Positions 56,402 to 62,316 of a stretch of DNA of 62,316 nt are shown piece by piece. Under the pieces are notes generated by a model. That model had not been told where the DNA came from and ran no database searches. It worked only from the letters and a program-made list of their open reading frames with translations. Every line of letters begins with the position of its first letter. Within the stretch, counting starts at the first letter, position 1. Position numbers and translations under genes: made by a program. The stretch spans positions 1-62,316 of the forward strand of contig PULQ01000025.1 in the NCBI GenBank assembly GCA_003552465.1. The letters are read 5' to 3'. This stretch comes from Dehalococcoidia bacterium (GTDB taxonomy: Bacteria > Chloroflexota > Dehalococcoidia > GIF9 > AB-539-J10).

Positions 56402-57271
56402 ATGATGACCTGTGCCGGGCTGCTCGCGGTAGCGACGGTCATCTTCCTGGTAGGCACTCTCCTGATCCTCGCCCTGATACCGTTAACCCTGGCCCTGCTC
56501 CTGCTAACAATCCTGGGGATACTGGCACTCCTTCTGCTACTGTGGCGCAACCTCTTCCCCTCGCTAACGAAACTTGCGAACTGGGCAGCTCAATTCAGGA
56601 ACATCGTCTTTCTCTTCGTCGTGGTGGTGGCTGTAGAGATCTTCCTGAGGTGGGGTCTCGTTCTAGCAGGTATCATCGTTCCCACCCTCACTCTGTTTGG
56701 AGTGACAATAACGATTCCAGGGTTACTCCTGCTGCTGCTCTTCCTCTTCCTGCTTGTACTGGCCATAGTTACCTGGCTGATCCGGTTGTTCCGTTACTCC
56801 TGGCCGCCGCTGCGAAACGTTTTCTGGGACCTGAGCTTTCGCCTGGTCGCCCTGTTCTGGAAGATTCTCCTGGGCATCCCGCTGGGCGTGGTCTGGTTCC
56901 TCTACCGTCCACCTCTACGGTGGCTGGTAGCGGTTGGCGTGTTCTACTTCAGGGGCATCGCCGCGGCAATAGCCTGGTTTATGTACAATCCTCCGTTGAG
57001 GGAACTGGCACGGGCGGGACTCTTCTTCGTGCGCCTGGCGGCCCGGCTCGTGGCCTGGATAATGTTCAACGCCCCGGTGCGCTGGATCGTGCAGATGGGG
57101 ATCTTCTTACTGAGGCTGGCGGCACGCTTTGTCAGCGGATTGATGTATGCGGTCTGGTCGTGGTGGACTCTGTCCGGGGTCAGGGACGCGTTCAGTAGAG
57201 GGCTAACCGTTGAGAGTAAGAGCTATCAGGACTACAAGCAGGCCCAGGATGACCGTAGCCCCGCCGCCTAG
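56402..57271 (+). CDS. Very hydrophobic membrane protein with three 27-aa Trp/Arg repeats
   Basis: RBS GAGGAG, uncharged N-terminal stretch of about 47 aa, repeats xxWFxYxPPLRxxxxxGxFxxRxxAxx. Confidence 0.75.
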   Translation: MMTCAGLLAVATVIFLVGTLLILALIPLTLALLLLTILGILALLLLLWRNLFPSLTKLANWAAQFRNIVFLFVVVVAVEIFLRWGLVLAGIIVPTLTLFGVTITIPGLLLLLLFLFLLVLAIVTWLIRLFRYSWPPLRNVFWDLSFRLVALFWKILLGIPLGVVWFLYRPPLRWLVAVGVFYFRGIAAAIAWFMYNPPLRELARAGLFFVRLAARLVAWIMFNAPVRWIVQMGIFLLRLAARFVSGLMYAVWSWWTLSGVRDAFSRGLTVESKSYQDYKQAQDDRSPAA

Positions 57272-57550
57272 CAGGCCGGCCACGTCCATATGACCGAAGA
57301 TCCGGTTGAATATCTCCTTGTTGATAGCCGCCTTCTGGCGCTCTGCTTCGTCTGATTCATCGGCAGACTCGGGCGTCTCGGCAGATGCCCTGTCGAATAT
57401 CGGTAGTATCATCTTCTTCCCCTCCCTCGACTCACGATAGACTATGCCGGCGATCACTATGCCGACGATGACGATGAATCCCCCGAGAATCAGCACAAGC
57501 ATGGACTGGCTTAGTATGCCTGCCGCGGGGCCAGGGTCAGCTGCGTACAT
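57203..57550 (-). CDS. Small membrane protein
   Basis: RBS AAGGAGG, TM helix, acidic linker, hydrophobic C-terminus. Confidence 0.65.
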   Translation of the reverse strand: MYAADPGPAAGILSQSMLVLILGGFIVIVGIVIAGIVYRESREGKKMILPIFDRASAETPESADESDEAERQKAAINKEIFNRIFGHMDVAGLLGGGATVILGLLVVLIALTLNG

Positions 57551-57711
57551 CTGTAACCTCCTTGTTTATCGAGCGAGTCTCATCACAGGTATCATCACGG
57601 GACTACACACTCAACCTCTACTTCGTTCAAGCGTAGCATGCCCGATAGGCCATGTCAATGGCCTCTTTCCCACGCATCTCCTGCCTGTGCTAAAATCCAG
57701 CGGGACATCGT

Positions 57712-58809
57712 ATGGTAGCCGACGCTGAACTGAAATACTGGGTGGCTTTCTCCGCCGTGGCCGGGGTGGGCCGGGTGCGCATTTCCCTGCTCAAGCAGCA
57801 CTTCGGCTCTCTGCACGACGCCTGGATTGCGCCCGAAGGCAGGCTGAGGGGGGCGGGACTTGACTCCCGCACCATAGAGGCCCTGCTCGCCGTGCGCCAG
57901 AGACTGTGCCCCGACGAGGAACTGGAGAGGGTACAGCGGATCGGTGCGGAGATCCTTACCTGCGAGGATCCGGTCTTCCCCCCGGCACTCAAGGAAATCC
58001 ATGACTACCCGCCGGTACTCTATGTACAGGGCGCCCTGCCCCCTCATGATCAGCCCTGCCTGGCCGTGGTCGGAACCCGGCGTCCCACCATCTACGGAAG
58101 ACAGGTGACCGAGGAGATAGTGACCGACCTGTGCGCAAGCGGCGTCACTATAGTGAGCGGCCTGGCCCTGGGAGTCGACTCCGTGGCCCACCGGGTGGCC
58201 CTGGAGGCCGGCGGCAGGACCATCGCCGTCTTCGCCTCCGGCCTGGACATAATCTACCCCGCGGAGAACACGAGACTGGCCCGGAGGATAACGGAGCGCG
58301 GTGCCCTGGTCAGCGAGCACCCTCCGGGCACCAGGCCAAGGCCCGAGAGCTTCCCGATGCGCAACCGGATCATGAGCGGACTGAGCCTGGGTGTGCTGGT
58401 GGTCGAGGCCGGAGAGAAGAGCGGCGCCCTGATTACCGCGCACCAGGCGCTGGAGCAGAACCGCGAGGTCTTCGCCGTACCAGGCAGCATACTCTCTCCT
58501 GCCAGCCTGGGGACGAACCGCCTGATCCAGGACGGGGCGAAGCTGGTTCGAAATTGCGAGGACATCCTTTCAGAACTGAATCTGTCCCCTGCCGGGCAGC
58601 AGCCGGAGAATCTCGAACTGTCGTTGCTCAGCGAGGCTGAGTCGCTGATAGTCGGGCAACTCGGCTCGGAACCCAGTCATATCGATGAGATCTGCCGCCG
58701 CAGCGGCCTGGCGATGCCCGAGGTGGGGAGCACCCTTGCCGTGCTGGAACTGAGGGGAGTAGTCAGGCAGGTGGGGAGCATGAACTACGTGCTCAGGAGA
58801 CGGAACTAA
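57712..58809 (+). CDS. dprA: DNA-processing protein DprA
   Basis: YPPVLYV.G, LAVVGTR, TIVSGLA.GVD, SE.PPGT.P....FP.RNRI.SG, GALIT, REVFAVPG. Confidence 0.96.
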   Translation: MVADAELKYWVAFSAVAGVGRVRISLLKQHFGSLHDAWIAPEGRLRGAGLDSRTIEALLAVRQRLCPDEELERVQRIGAEILTCEDPVFPPALKEIHDYPPVLYVQGALPPHDQPCLAVVGTRRPTIYGRQVTEEIVTDLCASGVTIVSGLALGVDSVAHRVALEAGGRTIAVFASGLDIIYPAENTRLARRITERGALVSEHPPGTRPRPESFPMRNRIMSGLSLGVLVVEAGEKSGALITAHQALEQNREVFAVPGSILSPASLGTNRLIQDGAKLVRNCEDILSELNLSPAGQQPENLELSLLSEAESLIVGQLGSEPSHIDEICRRSGLAMPEVGSTLAVLELRGVVRQVGSMNYVLRRRN

Positions 58810-58820
58810 GGAGGCTACAG

Positions 58821-61025
58821 TTGCCTGCAACAAAAGCGAGACGGACATCCAGAGCTAAAGCAACCAGGTCGACCGGCAAAGCCGGCAAGACCGGCGGTCA
58901 GAGGCTGGGCGTCGTCGAATCCCCGGCCAAGGCCAGGACCCTGGGCAAGATCCTGGGACGGAGCTACAGCATCAAGGCGTCGGTGGGACACGTGAGGGAC
59001 CTGCCCAGGTCGGACATCGGCGTCGATGTGGACGACGATTTCAGCCCCAGGTATGTGATCCCCACCCAGAAGAAGAAGACCGTTGCCGAGATCAAGAAGG
59101 CGGCCGCCGATGCCGGCGCTATCTACCTGGCGACCGATCCCGACCGCGAAGGAGAGGCCATCTCCTGGCATCTTGTCAAGGCGGCGGACATGGACAAAGG
59201 CGACGCGCCGGTTCACCGCGTGGTCTTCCACGAGATCAGCGAGGACGCCGTACGCAAGGCCTTCGAGAGCCCTCGCGACCTCGACATGAACCTGGTCAAC
59301 GCCCAGCAGGCCCGGCGGGTCCTGGACAGGCTCGTAGGCTACAAGCTGAGCCCGCTTCTGTGGCGGAAGGTCCAGAGGGGCCTGTCGGCGGGCAGGGTGC
59401 AGTCCGTCGCGGTGAAGATGATCGTCGATCGCGAGCGCGAGATACAGGACTTCGTTCCCCAGGAGTACTGGACCATCGAGGTCAGGCTGGCTCCACGCGA
59501 TGATGGCAAGGTCAGCTTTATGGCCAGGCTGGTGTCCCTGTTGGACGGTACTGCCCTGGATATCGGGAACAAGGACCGGGCCGACAGGGTGGTGGCCGAC
59601 CTGGAGTCCTGCCGCTATGCGGTGAAGTCCGTGCAGACGAAGCAGGTGCCCCGGCAGCCGGCGCCGCCCTTCACCACCAGCACGCTTCAGCAGGAGGCCT
59701 CGCGCAGGCTGCGATTCACGGCCCCGCGCACCATGGCCATCGCCCAGCAGCTTTATGAAGGCCTGCCCCTCGGGAAGGCGGGGTCGGTGGGGCTTATCAC
59801 GTATATGCGCACCGACTCCACCGCTGTATCGGCCTCCGCGATCAGCGAGGCGAGAGCGTTCATAAAGGAGGAGTACGGCGCGGACTTCGTGCCGCCCAGG
59901 CCGCGGTCGTTCGCCAGGAAGGCGAAATGGGCCCAGGAAGCCCACGAGTCGATCCGGCCGACCGATATTCGCCGGCAACCGCAGCACCTGAAGTCCTTCC
60001 TCAACCAGGCCCAGCTACAGCTCTACGAACTGATCTGGAAACGCATGGTCGCCAGCCAGATGTCGGCGGCCGTGTACGACACGACCACGGTCCAGATAGA
60101 GGCAACCGGGGCTACCGCGGACCGGAAGGAGGGGCCGCCCGGGGGTTATCTGCTCAGGGCCGGCAGCTCGACGGTCAGGTTCCGCGGCTTCATGGTCCTC
60201 TACAGCGAGAGCAGAGACGAAAACGAGCAGGTCGAGGCGTCGGTCAGCCTGCCCGCACTAAAGGACGGTGAGGAACTGGCATACCTCGGAGTTACGCCCG
60301 AGCAATGCTTCACCCAGCCGCCGCCCTACTATACAGAGGCAACGCTGATCAAGGCACTGGAGCAGAAAGGCATCGGCCGTCCCAGCACCTACGCGCCGAT
60401 CCTCTCCACCATCCAGGAGCGGGAGTATGTGAGCAGGACCGGCGGCAGGTTCCGGCCTACGGAACTGGGCATAGTGGTCAACGGGATTCTCACCGAGCAC
60501 TTCCCGAGGGTGGTTGACACGGCTTTCACGGCACGCATGGAGAAGCAACTGGACGGCATCGCTGAAGGCCGCTACGAGTGGGTCGTGCCGCTGCGGGAGT
60601 TCTACCCCGGGTTCCAGGCTGCGCTGGATGAAGCCCTGACCAACGTCGCAAAGGTGTCTCTGACCCGCCTCACCGATGAGACATGTCCCAACTGCGATCG
60701 CCCGATGGCCATCAAGATGGGCCGCTTCGGCAAGTTCCTCGCCTGCAGCGGCTACCCGGAGTGCAAGACGACCAGGAAGTACATCATCAAGACCGGCGCC
60801 CTGTGCCCCGAGTGCGGGGGTGCGCTGGTGGAGAAGATCAGCAAGAAGAAGAAGACCTTCTACGGATGCGGCAACTATCCCGAATGCCGGTTCGCCACCA
60901 ATACCAGGCCTCTTCCCCAGCCCTGCCCGGCCTGCGGCAAGCTGCTGGTGCAGTACGGAGATACCCGGGCACGGTGCCTGGCCTGTAAGCACAGGGTCAA
61001 CCTGTCCGACCTGCCGCAAGGCTGA
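58821..61025 (+). CDS. topA: DNA topoisomerase I
   Basis: VESPAKA, ATDPDREGEAI, AGRVQS, LITYMRTDS, AHE.IRPT, GIGRPSTY, C-terminal Cys4 zinc ribbons. Confidence 0.97.
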   Translation: MPATKARRTSRAKATRSTGKAGKTGGQRLGVVESPAKARTLGKILGRSYSIKASVGHVRDLPRSDIGVDVDDDFSPRYVIPTQKKKTVAEIKKAAADAGAIYLATDPDREGEAISWHLVKAADMDKGDAPVHRVVFHEISEDAVRKAFESPRDLDMNLVNAQQARRVLDRLVGYKLSPLLWRKVQRGLSAGRVQSVAVKMIVDREREIQDFVPQEYWTIEVRLAPRDDGKVSFMARLVSLLDGTALDIGNKDRADRVVADLESCRYAVKSVQTKQVPRQPAPPFTTSTLQQEASRRLRFTAPRTMAIAQQLYEGLPLGKAGSVGLITYMRTDSTAVSASAISEARAFIKEEYGADFVPPRPRSFARKAKWAQEAHESIRPTDIRRQPQHLKSFLNQAQLQLYELIWKRMVASQMSAAVYDTTTVQIEATGATADRKEGPPGGYLLRAGSSTVRFRGFMVLYSESRDENEQVEASVSLPALKDGEELAYLGVTPEQCFTQPPPYYTEATLIKALEQKGIGRPSTYAPILSTIQEREYVSRTGGRFRPTELGIVVNGILTEHFPRVVDTAFTARMEKQLDGIAEGRYEWVVPLREFYPGFQAALDEALTNVAKVSLTRLTDETCPNCDRPMAIKMGRFGKFLACSGYPECKTTRKYIIKTGALCPECGGALVEKISKKKKTFYGCGNYPECRFATNTRPLPQPCPACGKLLVQYGDTRARCLACKHRVNLSDLPQG

Positions 61026-61118
61026 CGCGGTGACCACGACCCGACTGCTCTTGACGGGTAGGCGGCCGTTGTGGTGCCGTTACGGCTCGGCTATAATTGG
61101 CGAGAGCGAGGTGACGAT

Positions 61119-61559
61119 ATGAAAATCCTTGTCATCCACGGACCGAACCTGAACCTTCTGGGACAGAGGGACAGGGCGCACTACGGCGACAGGACCCTTC
61201 CTGAGATCAACGCCCTGCTGGAAGAGCAGGGTCATGCGCTGGGTGTCGAGGTGGCGACATTCCAGTCCAACCACGAGGGGGCGCTGATAGACTTCATCCA
61301 GCAGCAGGCCAGTACGGCGCAGGGCATTGTGATCAACCCGGGCGCCCTGACGCACTACGGGCTTTCTCTGCGCGATGCCCTCTCCGACAGCGGGTTGCCC
61401 GTGATCGAAGTGCATATCTCGAACATACATCGTCGGGAGGAGTGGCGATCGCGATCCGTGATCGCGCCGATAGCCGACGGACAGGTAAGCGGCCTGGGTT
61501 GGAGTGGATACGCTGCTGCTCTACAGGCTATGGTGGACCGGCTGAAGGCCGGAAAATAG
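61119..61559 (+). CDS. aroQ: Type II 3-dehydroquinate dehydratase
   Basis: HGPNLNLLG.R...YG, QSNHEG.LID, INPGALTH, IEVHISN...RE. Confidence 0.96.
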   Translation: MKILVIHGPNLNLLGQRDRAHYGDRTLPEINALLEEQGHALGVEVATFQSNHEGALIDFIQQQASTAQGIVINPGALTHYGLSLRDALSDSGLPVIEVHISNIHRREEWRSRSVIAPIADGQVSGLGWSGYAAALQAMVDRLKAGK

Positions 61560-61591
61560 ACCTGTGTGCTAGATGATGCGTCGGGGCACTC

Positions 61592-62113
61592 TCAGGAGCG
61601 GCGCTTCCTGAAGTCCTCGAGGTCGAGCGTGTCTATGAAGTCCTTGTAAGCCGACAGCCCCTGCAGTTCCTGCTCGTTGAGCCTGTCCTCGGACACCCGC
61701 TTGCCCGCTTCCTCTTCCAGTATGATCCCTGCCTTCTCCAGGACTGTCTCGTCCGCATATATGGGCGCACCGGCTCTGACCGCCAGGGCCAGGGCATCGC
61801 TGGGCCGGGAATCAACGTCGAGCTTCTCGCCGTCGACGGTCAGACAAAGGTTCGCAAAGAAGGTGTCGTCTCTCAGTCCGCTCACCACGATGTGGTCAAT
61901 CGAGGCGCCCAGAGAGCCGATCACGGACTGCAACAGATCATGAGTCAGAGGACGCTGCGGTTCCACGTTCTGCAACTTTACGGCAATGGCATCGGCTTCC
62001 GAAGGGCCGATCCATATCGGCAGATAACGATTGGTCCCCTTTTCCCTCAGGATCACCACCCTCTGATAGTTCATCAGGCTAACTCTGATGCTGTCGATCG
62101 TCATCTCTATCAT
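61592..62113 (-). CDS. Bifunctional nuclease family (DUF151)
   Basis: LPIWIG..EA.AI, RPLTHDL, F.A.L, DSRPSDA.ALA.R. Confidence 0.92.
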   Translation of the reverse strand: MIEMTIDSIRVSLMNYQRVVILREKGTNRYLPIWIGPSEADAIAVKLQNVEPQRPLTHDLLQSVIGSLGASIDHIVVSGLRDDTFFANLCLTVDGEKLDVDSRPSDALALAVRAGAPIYADETVLEKAGIILEEEAGKRVSEDRLNEQELQGLSAYKDFIDTLDLEDFRKRRS

Positions 62114-62274
62114 GCTGCGCCTCCTTGATCAGCGTTCTTTCTGCATCCATAATCCTATACAATCGGATTTCCCAAGTCAAATAGTTGGTCGCTGTAGAGG
62201 CTGCTTTTCCCTCGATACCCGGACATGCAGGGCGGTGTTGTCTGGGAGATGGTGATTCCGGGTCTGGGTTCACC

Positions 62275-62316
62275 CGCGCCTAGAGGGATTCGAACCCACG
62301 ACCCCCGGTTCCGAAG
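62275..62316 (-). tRNA. tRNA-Arg(TCG), 3' part (truncated by window edge)
   Basis: Minus strand CTTCGGA anticodon loop, GGTCGTGGGTTCGAATCCC T arm, acceptor strand TAGGCGC-G. Confidence 0.9.

Overview
High-GC anaerobic bacterial chromosome segment, most likely Dehalococcoidia (Chloroflexota). This is inferred from gene content and style, not proven. Left third: a divergent ThiF/MoaD pair and a co-directional catabolic cluster (SCP2, Fe-ADH, aldehyde:ferredoxin oxidoreductase, acyl-CoA ligase, FrhB-like protein with a C-terminal HTH, RidA, a PFL2-clade glycyl radical enzyme and its activase). It is followed by a four-gene operon resembling the mycobacterial methylmannose-polysaccharide cluster (ManT-, MeT1-, MmpH-, OrfD-like). 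Middle: housekeeping genes (PncC, gatB, secG, DUF62, pilD) and a free-standing 5S rRNA with its own promoter. 29.5-57.6 kb: a cell-surface protein region (beta-helix, InlB-B-like, GLUG, LRR, RCC1 and IPT proteins, three CFI-box-CTERM proteins, one protein with an unassigned C-terminal sorting-like tail, and a membrane-anchored clan-CD-like peptidase). It is interleaved with uvrC, a Xer-like recombinase, pcm and tRNA-Glu, and its intergenic gaps hold several palindromic and heptamer repeat families. Near 56 kb are two charge-free 48-49 aa MGC peptides that the ORF track missed, upstream of a repeat-containing membrane protein. Right end: dprA, topA, aroQ, DUF151 nuclease and a truncated tRNA-Arg. 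Recurrent GGT>GGG changes at conserved codons suggest sequencing error, so single-residue oddities need caution. Family assignments rest on motif recognition; no database searches were run.
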